This document shows, piece by piece, positions 11,341 to 20,181 of a stretch of DNA of 64,000 nucleotides. Numbering within the stretch: position 1 is the stretch's first letter; each line of letters starts with the position of its first letter. The notes under the pieces are model-generated. The model was not told the origin of the DNA. It made no database searches and saw only the letters and a list, made by a program, of their open reading frames with translations. The stretch is taken from the NCBI GenBank assembly GCA_963422375.2, contig OY729428.2, positions 1,920,001 to 1,984,000 of the forward strand, given 5' to 3'. The stretch is from Bryobacterales bacterium (lineage in GTDB: Bacteria; Acidobacteriota; Terriglobia; Bryobacterales; UBA6623). A program made the position numbers and the translations under genes.

Positions 11341-11812
11341 AGGTGGGTTTCCTGCCGGGTCTGCTCGGGTCGGCCAGCCCGGTGTCGAACTTGGCAGCTC
11401 GGCGCTTGGCAAGGGCTGCCCGGAACATCACTGCGGGGCCCCGGCGATCTTGGCGAAGAAATCCGTCATCACTTCGTCCCGCAGTACGCGGGTCGCGACG
11501 CGCATCCTACGGCCGCGCTTGACCTCCTGCCAGGACAGGTCGTCGCCGAGGGCCGGGCTCGGCACGGTGATCGACTCGACCCAGCGCGGCTCGGCCAGCC
11601 AGGCAACTGCTGCCAGATCCCAGATCGCCAAGGTCCGCGACGGACGGTGCGGGGCGTGCTGCGCGGGGCTCCGCTCTTGGACCAGCTCGTACAGGTAGTC
11701 GCCCGCGGCCGAACTTCCGCTCAGTCGGCGCTCCAGCTCGTCCCGGCTCGCGCGCAGGTTCTCGGCCACTCCGGGAGCCGGTACTTGCATCAGACCGGCC
11801 CCTGAATCGAAA

Positions 11813-13306
11813 GGGAATTATATATCTGAGTGCCGACAACGCCATGGTCCGACTAGAACTGCTGTGAGCAGGGAGGTGGGTGTCGAGCTGGGGTCATTCG
11901 AGTGCGGCCGCGGCGGGCACAGAGGGGTGGGGTGTGGGATCGTATCTGAATCGAGCCTGCCAGCGGATTGGACGAGGAAGGGACTAGAGAGGCCGCCTCG
12001 CATGCGCCGGTTGCCCCGGTGGAACCCGGTTGGCGGTGGCAGGGCACGCCTTGCAAGCCGCTTGCAGGCCCTGCGAGGGCCGAAGACAGCGGATCCCCGG
12101 CGCTCGACGGCCTGCATGGACGGTCCGGACCGGACCGGGGTCGCGCCGGGGCATGCCGGATCCGGTGCGACCCTCGTACCGAGCGTGAAGCGCGCGCCCG
12201 CAGCGGGCTGCCGCGCTCGGCGCGGCGGGCGCCGCTCAGGCCGCGACCGCGGCCTGGCCGGTCAGCTGCCGGCAGGTCAGCGTCCGGCCGACCAAGCCCC
12301 GCGCCATGCGCCGCATCCGTTCCGCCGTCCCGCGAACTCCGTGAGGTAGCGGCCGAGATGACGGACGCTCATCCGGTGATAGGTGCCGTACAGGCCGCGC
12401 TTGAACAGGGACCCAAACGACTCGATGCCGTTCGTATGCGCCGCCCCGCGCACGTACTCGCCGCCGGAGTGCCTGACGGCTTCGTGCGCGAACTCCGCCA
12501 TGCCGGCGCAGGCCGCCGCCTCGTCGGAGCGGACCTGCGCCCCCGGCGCGACCCGGCCGCGCACGAAGCCCTGCAGGTCGCCCTCGGCGGTGCCCGGCAG
12601 CGGCCGCGCGGCCGCTGCGTTCGTGGCGCGGTCGCGCGCCCCCGCCACGGGCGTCTTGCCGACGGGCCCGCGCCCGGCGCGGGCCTTCTTCCTCTCGTGC
12701 TGGTTGCGTTCCTTGCCGCCGACGTAGGTCTCGTCCACCTCCACCGGGCCGGCGAACAGGCCCCGATCCCGCTCCCGGCACGCGCGGATGCGGTGCGCCA
12801 GGTGCCGGGCCGACTTCCGGCTGATGCCTAGGTCGCGGTGCAGCTTCATGCTCGAGACACCCTTGATGCCGGTAGTCAGCAGGAACAGGGCGACAGCCCG
12901 GGTGCGGTAGCCGAGCTTGGTGTCGGCCATCACGCTGCCGGTGCGCACCGAAAAGCGCCTGCCGCAGCCGCGGCAACGGTACGGCATCGAAGGGTGGGCC
13001 GCGTCGGACTGCACGCTGGAGCCGCGGCAGCGGGGGCACGCAGGACCGTCCGGCCAGCGCATGGATGCGAACCACTTTTCCGCGGATTCGTCATCGGGGA
13101 ACATGGCGATCACTTCGATCATTGTGATGCCTTTACGGAACCACTTTCCGGGACCTTGTTTCTTCATTTACGGTATCCCCTACTGGAACTATTCTACCAA
13201 GAAACACCACAGAATGTCAACGGAAATTCGGAAGAAATATGAAATCTTATTATGGCTTGATAATTTTGCCGACTTGATTCCCTCGGCACTCAGATATATA
13301 ATTCCC
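11813..13306 (-). mobile_element. IS1595-family element (1494 bp), copy A
   Basis: Perfect 24-bp inverted repeats GGGAATTATATATCTGAGTGCCGA; 8-bp target duplication AATCGAAA (11805-11812 and 13307-13314). Confidence 0.95.
12236..13167 (-). pseudogene. IS1595-family transposase, frameshifted near the C-terminus
   Basis: CPRC..YRCRGC zinc ribbon, VEVDETY, HTNGIESF. A 25-bp deletion between ACGG repeats relative to copy C shifts the frame. Confidence 0.88.
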
Positions 13307-14001
13307 AATCGAAAAGCGCTCGGGTGGCGGCGAGGTCTTGGCGCAGGTTGAATTCCTCCGCCGACGCGAAGTGGTGCGGCGTGCCGCCGAGCCAGACGAC
13401 CGTGGTTCTGGATCCGACCTGCGGCTCCAATCGCAGCGCGGCGGCCACGTTCGTGGGCGCTCCGATCGCAACCAAGTAGTGAATCGCGGGCCCGCCGCCC
13501 ATGACGCGTTCGACGATGTGCTCCGCGGCTGGGCTGGCGACCGGCCTGCCTCCGACGCTCGTCCACGCCTTCGCTCCCTTGAAGACCGGGATCTCGCCTC
13601 CGATGCGCACGGCCTCGAGCACTGGTCCGATCTCGTCGTAGCTGCGCTCCATGCCGTCTCCCGGGTCGCGGACCCTTCGGTTCACGAAGGGCGCGGCGCA
13701 TGTCGCTTCGATCTGGATCGACTCTCTCGACAGGGCGGCGTACGCTAGGGCGAACTGGTCATCGAAGTCGTTCCCTGCGTCCGTGTCGATCAGAATGCGA
13801 GACTTTCCGACGGGCTGGGGTGCCGCGCTCCGTTGGCCGGACGCCGACCGGGCGGAAGCAGCGACGGAGCCGCCCAGCACCGCGAGGCCGCGGAGCGAGG
13901 AGAGCATCTGCCTCCTTGACGGGTGCCGGGGCCGCTCGGAGCGGGCGCGCAAACCGGCTACGCCTTGGACGGCTGGCCAGGCTACCCGCCAGTGCCGCCC
14001 G

Positions 14002-14907
14002 TCAGCGTTCGATCCAGCGGTAGGCAGACTTGCTGTTGAGGCGGAAGTACTTCTCCCGGGCCTCGTCGCTCTTGCCGTCGAAGTACTCCCGGACGATGCC
14101 GATGACTTGCGCGTAGGTCCCGAGAGGGTCGCTGTTCGGCCAGTCGCTGCCGTACAGGACGCGGTCCTCGCCGAATGCCCCCGCGATTTCGTCGATCGTC
14201 GATCGGTAGTCGTCCAGCGAGTACGAGACCGTGCCTCCTCTGTCTAGCAGTACGGCGGAGATCTTGACGTACGTCTGCGGTCGTGCGGAGAACTCGCGCA
14301 GGATGCCTTCGTAGCGGCTGCGCTGCGACCGCTCGACCTGCATCTTCGGAAGATGGTCCACGACGATGCGCAGGTCGGGCACTTGGTCCGAGAGCCGCAG
14401 CAGGCCGTCGAGCAGGTCTAGGTTGGGGTTCGCGCTGTCCAGCGAGAATTCGCGCTCCGCAAGCAGGCGCATGTCTCGGATGAACTGCGGGTTGTCGAGC
14501 TGCTGAACCAGGTCCCGCCCCCAGAGGTCGCCGTACCGGATGCCTCGAAACAGCGGGTTCGCGCCGAAGCGGCCCAGATGCCCGCCGAATCCCGGCTTGC
14601 CTGCGTCGAGGAATCCCACCAGACCCACGACGGAGCGCTCCTCCGCTGCGACATCGAGGACCCATTGGTTGTCCTCGATGCGCGGGCTGCATTCCACCAC
14701 GACCGCACCCGCAACACCGTGGCTCCTCGCGACGCTGCGGAAGCGGGCCGGGTAGGTCGGCTTGGAGCGAATCGGGTCGTCGGCGGGCGGCCACGGAATC
14801 CCGCCCGGGCGGTACGGGTCGAACAGGTGAATGTGCGTGTCGATGGCTGGGAAGGGAAGAGGGGTAGCGGCAGCCGCGGCGGAGAGCAGGAATGTCCGGC
14901 GGGTCAC
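14002..14907 (-). CDS. Amidohydrolase-2 family protein (sugar lactonase-like) with Tat signal
   Basis: TRRTFL, IDTHIH, VVDH, YVKIS, YGSDWP. Confidence 0.88.
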   Translation of the reverse strand: MTRRTFLLSAAAAATPLPFPAIDTHIHLFDPYRPGGIPWPPADDPIRSKPTYPARFRSVARSHGVAGAVVVECSPRIEDNQWVLDVAAEERSVVGLVGFLDAGKPGFGGHLGRFGANPLFRGIRYGDLWGRDLVQQLDNPQFIRDMRLLAEREFSLDSANPNLDLLDGLLRLSDQVPDLRIVVDHLPKMQVERSQRSRYEGILREFSARPQTYVKISAVLLDRGGTVSYSLDDYRSTIDEIAGAFGEDRVLYGSDWPNSDPLGTYAQVIGIVREYFDGKSDEAREKYFRLNSKSAYRWIER

Positions 14908-14912
14908 GCCAA

Positions 14913-14932
14913 GAGTATATGGGAGTATATGG
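14913..14932 (-). repeat. 10-bp tandem duplication containing a TATACT -10 box
   Basis: GAGTATATGG occurs twice in tandem; the proximal TATACT sits 6 nt before the GTG start. Confidence 0.7.
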
Positions 14933-15229
14933 GGGCGGCCCTCCTGGCGTCCCCCGCGGCATCCGTTTCAGCGGCAGGCCGCCGCGCCGTCGGCCTCGCA
15001 GAGCGGGTCGGCTCGAGCGGAGGACCTTGCCAGACCGCCTGCCGGTGCAGGTATCTCGCGGCGGAGCAGGCGATTGCGAGCCGAGCGCCGCGCCGGTGCG
15101 GCGCTCGGCCCCGCGGTCTGTATCAAGATAAACTCGGGCTGGTGCGCCAGGCCTCCGTTTCCGGGAGTTGGCTGCCTTCGCCCGGGCCGCGAGGGATCCT
15201 GCTGCTGAGCCCCTGACGAGGCCGATTAA

Positions 15230-16645
15230 ATGGAACCTGTGGAAGACGCTCAGCGCGCGGCGACGCTCCGCTCACTCCCGAGTGTCGAGGAAGTGCTGCG
15301 ATCAGCCGACGCGGCCAGCTGGATTGCGTTCCTGCCGCGCGAGCGCGTAACGGACTTGGTGCGCGCAACGCTTGCGGAGATCCGCGGTCAGGTCCTGGCC
15401 GGCGCCCCGACCCACGGCGAAGACCCGGCCGAGGAAGTGAAGCGGCGGGTCGGTCGCACTATCGACGGCCTGCTGCGCAGCACGCTGCGTCCGGCGATCA
15501 ATGCCTCGGGCGTGATCCTGCACACGAACCTAGGGCGGGCCCCGCTCAGCCGGGCGGCGATCGAAGCCATCGTCGAGACTTCCGGCTGCTACACCAATCT
15601 CGAGTACGACATCGCGCTGGGCCGTCGCGGACGGCGGGACGTCCATTGCGGCGAATTGCTTAGGAACCTGCTGGGGGCGCCCGCCATCGTCGTCAACAAC
15701 AACGCGGCCGCGGTCTTTCTCGTGCTGAGAGAGCTGGCCGCGGGCGGAGAGGTGATCGTGTCGCGCGGCGAGCTGATCGAGATCGGGGACGGGTTCCGCA
15801 TTCCCGAGATTCTCCAGGCGTCGGGAGCGGCCCTGCGCGAGGTGGGCACGACGAATCGCACCCGTCTAGACGACTACCGGCGCGCGATTGGCCCGGAGAC
15901 CAAGGCACTGATTCGGATTCATCCCAGCAATTTCCGGCAGGTGGGATTCACGGGTCGGCCATCGCTGAAAGAACTGGCCGGGCTGGCGCGTGCCGAATCG
16001 ATACCGCTGATCGAAGATCTCGGCAGCGGGTGCCTGGGCGGACTGGAAGGAACCGGCATGGAAGGGGAGCCGCGCGCGATCGACAGCTTGGGCCAGGGGG
16101 CCGACGTGGTGACGTTCTCGGGCGACAAGCTGCTCGGCGGTCCCCAAGCCGGCATCATCGCGGGCGAGGCAGAGACGGTGGAGCGGATCCGCCGCAATCC
16201 CCTGTTCCGCGCCCTGCGCGTGGACAAGCTCACCTTGGCGGCACTGGCGGCCACGCTCAGGAGCTTCGTGACGGGCCGGCCCGACGACGTGCCGGTGCTG
16301 CGGATGGCGCGCACGTCGGTCGAGGAACTCGCCAAGCGGGCACGGCGGTTCGTCCGGCGGCTCGAGATGCTCCACATGCCGCACGCCGAAGTGGTCCACG
16401 GCGAATCGCTGCTGGGTGGCGGCTCGACGCCGATGCAGACTCTGCCTGCGGCACTGGTGGCCGTCAGCGGTCCCCCCGGGCTTGCGGTTCGCAGGATCGA
16501 GGCGGCCCTGCGCGTGAGCGACCCTCCTGTGATCGCCCGGGTCGAGAGGGACCGTCTGCTGCTAGACTTGCGTACGGTGCGGGAGACCGAAGAGGACGAC
16601 CTCCTCGCAGCGGTCCTGCGGTCCACCGGCGCGACGGACGTCTAG
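15230..16645 (+). CDS. selA: L-seryl-tRNA(Sec) selenium transferase (selenocysteine synthase)
   Basis: LRSLPSV, INASGVILHTNLGRAPL, VNNNAAAV, SRGELIEIGDGFRIP, EVGTTNRT, EDLGSG, PLP lysine motif FSGDKLLGGPQAG. Confidence 0.97.
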   Translation: MEPVEDAQRAATLRSLPSVEEVLRSADAASWIAFLPRERVTDLVRATLAEIRGQVLAGAPTHGEDPAEEVKRRVGRTIDGLLRSTLRPAINASGVILHTNLGRAPLSRAAIEAIVETSGCYTNLEYDIALGRRGRRDVHCGELLRNLLGAPAIVVNNNAAAVFLVLRELAAGGEVIVSRGELIEIGDGFRIPEILQASGAALREVGTTNRTRLDDYRRAIGPETKALIRIHPSNFRQVGFTGRPSLKELAGLARAESIPLIEDLGSGCLGGLEGTGMEGEPRAIDSLGQGADVVTFSGDKLLGGPQAGIIAGEAETVERIRRNPLFRALRVDKLTLAALAATLRSFVTGRPDDVPVLRMARTSVEELAKRARRFVRRLEMLHMPHAEVVHGESLLGGGSTPMQTLPAALVAVSGPPGLAVRRIEAALRVSDPPVIARVERDRLLLDLRTVRETEEDDLLAAVLRSTGATDV

Positions 16646-16649
16646 CGCG

Positions 16650-17057
16650 ATGAAGTTCAGCGTGTCGACGCGAGGATTCACCGACATCCTTGACATCACC
16701 GCGAAAGTCAAGGAACTGGCGGCTGGCTCCGGAGCGGGGGACGGCGTGGTCCACGTGTTCGTCGCAGGATCGACCGCGGCTCTCTCGACTATCGAGTTCG
16801 AACCGGGCGCGGTGCGTGACCTGAAGGAGGCGCTCGAACGCATCGCCCCGATGGACGCCGCGTACCACCACAACGAGGCGTGGCACGACGGCAACGGCTA
16901 CGCGCACTTGCGGGCGGCGCTGATGAAGCCGTCGCTGTCGGTGCCAATGGAAGGCGGCCGGCTCGTGCTCGGCACATGGCAGCAGCTCGTGCTGCTTGAC
17001 TTCGACAACCGTCCGCGTCGGCGGACAGTTCATGTCAGGGTGAGCGCGTGCGCCTGA
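16650..17057 (+). CDS. yjbQ: YjbQ/UPF0047 family protein
   Basis: DIT, GSTAAL..IEFEPG, Y.H, DGNGYAHLRAAL, LGTWQ and DFD motifs. Confidence 0.9.
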   Translation: MKFSVSTRGFTDILDITAKVKELAAGSGAGDGVVHVFVAGSTAALSTIEFEPGAVRDLKEALERIAPMDAAYHHNEAWHDGNGYAHLRAALMKPSLSVPMEGGRLVLGTWQQLVLLDFDNRPRRRTVHVRVSACA

Positions 17058-17119
17058 CGGGGCGTGCCCGCGCGTAGGCCCGCGCAGGCACTCGTCTGCA
17101 ACCATGTTGCATTTTGAGC

Positions 17120-17133
17120 TATACTCGATTCCT
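17120..17133 (+). promoter_or_regulatory. Candidate -10 box (TATACT) for a leaderless selenoprotein transcript
   Basis: TATACT at 17120-17125, 8 nt before ATG 17134; no Shine-Dalgarno. Confidence 0.45.
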
Positions 17134-18453
17134 ATGCCTGGTCACCTCGCCGCCCCTGCGCCGGGGGCCCCCGCGCGGGATCGATCTCTCCGGTTGTCGG
17201 CATCGCGGACGGCGCGCCGCTGCTTGGCCTGCTGCGCGCTTGCCTTGGGGCTCTGCTCCGCGGCCGCGGCGCGTGCCTCTGAGGCCGTCACGTGGATCGA
17301 GTCCTACGACGAGGCGCTCGCGGAGGCCCGCCGGACGGGCAAGCCGATCTTCCTCGAATTCCGGTGCGCGCCCTGAAGGGCCGGGAGGGAATTCGACGCA
17401 CAGGTTGTGCTGACCGACGAAGACACCAAGCGGGGGCGCCTGCTGCGGCAGTACGTAACCGCGCGTATCACGCGGATGGACCGAATCAACATCGGGCTAT
17501 TCGACTTCGACCGGTACAACACGCTCTACTTTTTCGCGCTCAACGCGGACGAGCAGATTTACCTCCGATACGGAGGTCGGGACGAAAGGTCTGCCACGAC
17601 CTACCTGGACCTCGAGAGCCTAGAGCTTGCGCTCGAGAGGGGGCTCGATCTGCATCGTCGCTATCTCGTCGGCAAGCTGCCCCGGAAACCGGTGCCGCCA
17701 GCCCGGTACCCCCGCGAAATCCCAGCCCTGCACGAGCGCACGGTCCAGCGCGGCCGCTGCGTGGAATGCCACCTGATCGGCGATCTCGAGAACGTGCAAC
17801 GCGAGCGGGACGGAACGCTTGACAAGCTGACCCACCTATACCGCGCGCCGGAGATCAGGCGAATCGGCATTGAACTGGATATCCCGAAGGGCCTTCGCGT
17901 GGAGCAGGCCAGCGGCGGCGCAGCCGCCGCCGGAATGCGTCCGGGGGACGAGATTCGCGCCGTCAACGGAGTCGATGTCTGGACGTTCGGGGACCTGCAG
18001 TGGGAGCTCGGCAAACTGCCCCACACCGCGAAGGATCTCGGGATTGGCGTCCTGCGGGACGGAAGGCGCGAGCCGCTCCGAGTGGGCCTACAGCCATTCT
18101 GGTGGCTAACGGATCTGACGTACCGCAACCTCTCGGTGGATCCCCGCGTCTATTTCACTTCGTCCGCCTTGGACGAGCGGGAAAAGGTCGAGCTTGGCTT
18201 CGACCCCCGCGGATTTGCCAGTCGGGTAGTATCGATCGATCCGCTGGCCGAGCTCCTCGGCAGCCACCAGCTCCGGGAGGGTGACGTAATTTACGGTGTG
18301 GACGGCAAGTTCGTGGATGACGTCGCCGATACGGCCCACTTGTACATCAAGCTGCGCAAGCAGGCTGGATCCGAGGTAACTTTGCAGGTCCTGCGCGGGC
18401 GCCAGCGCATGGCACTTGCGCTCAAGACGGAGAGGATGAGTTTTCGGAAATGA
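17134..18453 (+). CDS. Secreted thioredoxin-like (Trx7)/PDZ selenoprotein, Sec at TGA 17374-17376
   Basis: ORFs 17104-17376 and 17407-18453 are in the same frame, separated only by TGA. Joined: W..SYDEALAEARRTGKPIFLEFRCAP-U-RAGREFDAQVV (CxxU), IYLRYGGRD, CVECH, two PDZ-like repeats (GMRPGDEIRAVNG, LREGDVIYGVDG). Adjacent to selA. Confidence 0.9.
17392..17421 (+). promoter_or_regulatory. Bacterial SECIS-like hairpin
   Basis: Stem GCACA/TGTGC (17398-17410) with apical loop GGT starting 26 nt after the UGA; possible lower pairing TTCG/CGAA. Confidence 0.75.
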
Positions 18454-18995
18454 ATGCGCTCTGCCGAGCCGTCGCTGCGCTGGCTGTCACGGCCAGCCTC
18501 TGGGCCGGCGACTGGTCCGAGCCAGTGGAGGCCACTGCCCGTGACGGCACGGCGCTCGTCACGTGTCGCGCGAGGGTCGCCGGAGAATTTCTCGTGGTTG
18601 AAGTCACCGCCGCCGCCGGCTGGCACGTCTACGCCATGGACAACGAGCAGAGGGCGAGGGAAGCGCTGGCCGGGAAGATGTCGCTGGGCGTCGAGCGGAA
18701 TACGGAGGTCTTGGTATCGGGCGGCTTGGAGCAGGTCGGCGTCTGGTACCAGAGCACTCCCGACGACCATTCGCAGCCCGAGTTGCGGTGGTACTCGTAC
18801 GGTTTCGAGGGGACGACCCTGCTGGCTAGCCGGGTCCGGCGCACGGGAGGCGAAATGGCGAGCGTCGAGGTCCGCGCCCAGGCGTGCGACAGCGCCAGCT
18901 GCGTTAGCGTCGAGGCCGAGCTGCGGGTGAAGGTGCCCGGCGGCGACGGCGCGGCCTTCGCCTTGGATGGCCTAGTCCCCGTGCGGGGTTCGTGA
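18450..18995 (+). CDS. Secreted DsbD N-terminal (alpha)-like domain protein
   Basis: Signal peptide, GWHVYA, QACDSASC Cys pair near the C-terminus; ATGA overlap with the selenoprotein stop. Confidence 0.72.
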   Translation: MNALCRAVAALAVTASLWAGDWSEPVEATARDGTALVTCRARVAGEFLVVEVTAAAGWHVYAMDNEQRAREALAGKMSLGVERNTEVLVSGGLEQVGVWYQSTPDDHSQPELRWYSYGFEGTTLLASRVRRTGGEMASVEVRAQACDSASCVSVEAELRVKVPGGDGAAFALDGLVPVRGS

Positions 18996-19014
18996 GGCCG
19001 GGCGGCCGGCTCCA

Positions 19015-20181
19015 TTACAGGGTCGGGGGGTCCCAGTGGTGCTCGCTGGGCAGCGGCAGTCGGACCGTGCGCCGCTCCGCGTACGACCGGTAGCCCGCCT
19101 GCACGACTTCCAACGCCCTGAAGCCGTCGGTTCCGTCCGCCCGAGGCTCCGCGCCGCTCTGGATGGCGACGAAGAACGCGCGGAACTGGTCTTCGAACGT
19201 CCTGCGCCTCGGCGGCCAGATATCCACCCAGCCGGGCTCGAGATCTCCCCACCAGCGCGCGGGCCGGGTCCACGCAAGCACTTCTGGAGGCAACACTGTT
19301 GCAGGATCGGACTCCAAATACAACGACAGCGGGGCCGACTGGAACGGCGCGGTGATGAACGCGCTGCAGCATAAGGCCGCCTGCGTCCCGTACAGTGCGA
19401 GCGGGGAAGCGAACGGGCGGGAAAAGCGATGCCAGCCGAGCGATCCGATCGCCCCTGACTGCATCCTGAGCGTCAGGACCACGCTGTCGTCCCTGTCGTG
19501 GCATGCCAGCACGGATGCCATCTCGCAGGAGACCGAGCCAATCTCGCCCAGCAGGTCCCGGATCTGATCGATGCGGTGCTGCCCGACATCGACCAAGGTG
19601 AATCCGCCTCCTTGCTTGACGTCGAACCGGTAGTTCCGCAGGCCTCCGGGAATGACGTCGATGGGCTCGGAAATCGTTCCGCTGAAGGCTCGAACCTCGC
19701 CAAGGATGCCGGCTTCGATCAGGCTCTTGGCGCAGGCATGCTCGGCGCTGAAGCGATGGTGGAACCCTAGCTGGAGCACGACTCCGGCCCTCGCTGCCGA
19801 TTCGTTCATCGCGCTGGCGTCCGCAAGGGACAGGGCGATCGGCTTCTCGCACAGCACGTGGCGGCGCGCGTCGAAGGCCAGCTCGGCTTGTTCGCGGTGG
19901 AACGCATTCGGCGACGCGACGAGCACCGCCTCGACACCCGCTGCTTGGATGGCTTCCGCCGCGCTGGAAGCGACCAGCGGGATGTCGAAACGCTCGGCGA
20001 CGGCCAGAGCGGCGTCACGGCAGGGATCGAACACGCTGACAGCCTTGGCCCCGACGGTCCGCAGGGCGGGAAGGTGGCGCTCGGCGACGACGGAGCCCGC
20101 CCCTATGATTGCGAACGATGGACGTAACGCTGCCATTTCCGCGACGACTGCACCAAGAACGGCTCTTGCCACTATAGCCAT
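19015..20181 (-). CDS. Gfo/Idh/MocA family oxidoreductase
   Basis: IIGAGSVV, ASPNAFH, HVLCEKP, GFHHRF, GGG.LVDVGQHRID. Start may be about 20136. Confidence 0.9.
   Translation of the reverse strand: MAIVARAVLGAVVAEMAALRPSFAIIGAGSVVAERHLPALRTVGAKAVSVFDPCRDAALAVAERFDIPLVASSAAEAIQAAGVEAVLVASPNAFHREQAELAFDARRHVLCEKPIALSLADASAMNESAARAGVVLQLGFHHRFSAEHACAKSLIEAGILGEVRAFSGTISEPIDVIPGGLRNYRFDVKQGGGFTLVDVGQHRIDQIRDLLGEIGSVSCEMASVLACHDRDDSVVLTLRMQSGAIGSLGWHRFSRPFASPLALYGTQAALCCSAFITAPFQSAPLSLYLESDPATVLPPEVLAWTRPARWWGDLEPGWVDIWPPRRRTFEDQFRAFFVAIQSGAEPRADGTDGFRALEVVQAGYRSYAERRTVRLPLPSEHHWDPPTL

Larger units (their letters stand above)
11428..13952 (-). pseudogene. Nucleoside hydrolase (IU-NH family) split by IS1595
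   Basis: ILIDTDAGNDFDDQFAL, IGAPTNVA, EFNL and IWDLAAVA motifs. Removing the IS and one target copy restores the in-frame junction ALFD-SGAGL-MQVP. Confidence 0.9.

Noticed and set aside
14933..15229. tRNA-Sec (selC) near selA
   Set aside because: No UCA anticodon arm or T-loop signature found.
17049..17118. Sec readthrough of the yjbQ TGA (C-A-TGA)
   Set aside because: The protein is already full length for the family and the short extension is not protein-like.
17104..17376. 90-aa and 348-aa ORFs as two separate genes
   Set aside because: Same frame, CxxU context, SECIS-like hairpin and adjacent selA favour a single recoded gene.
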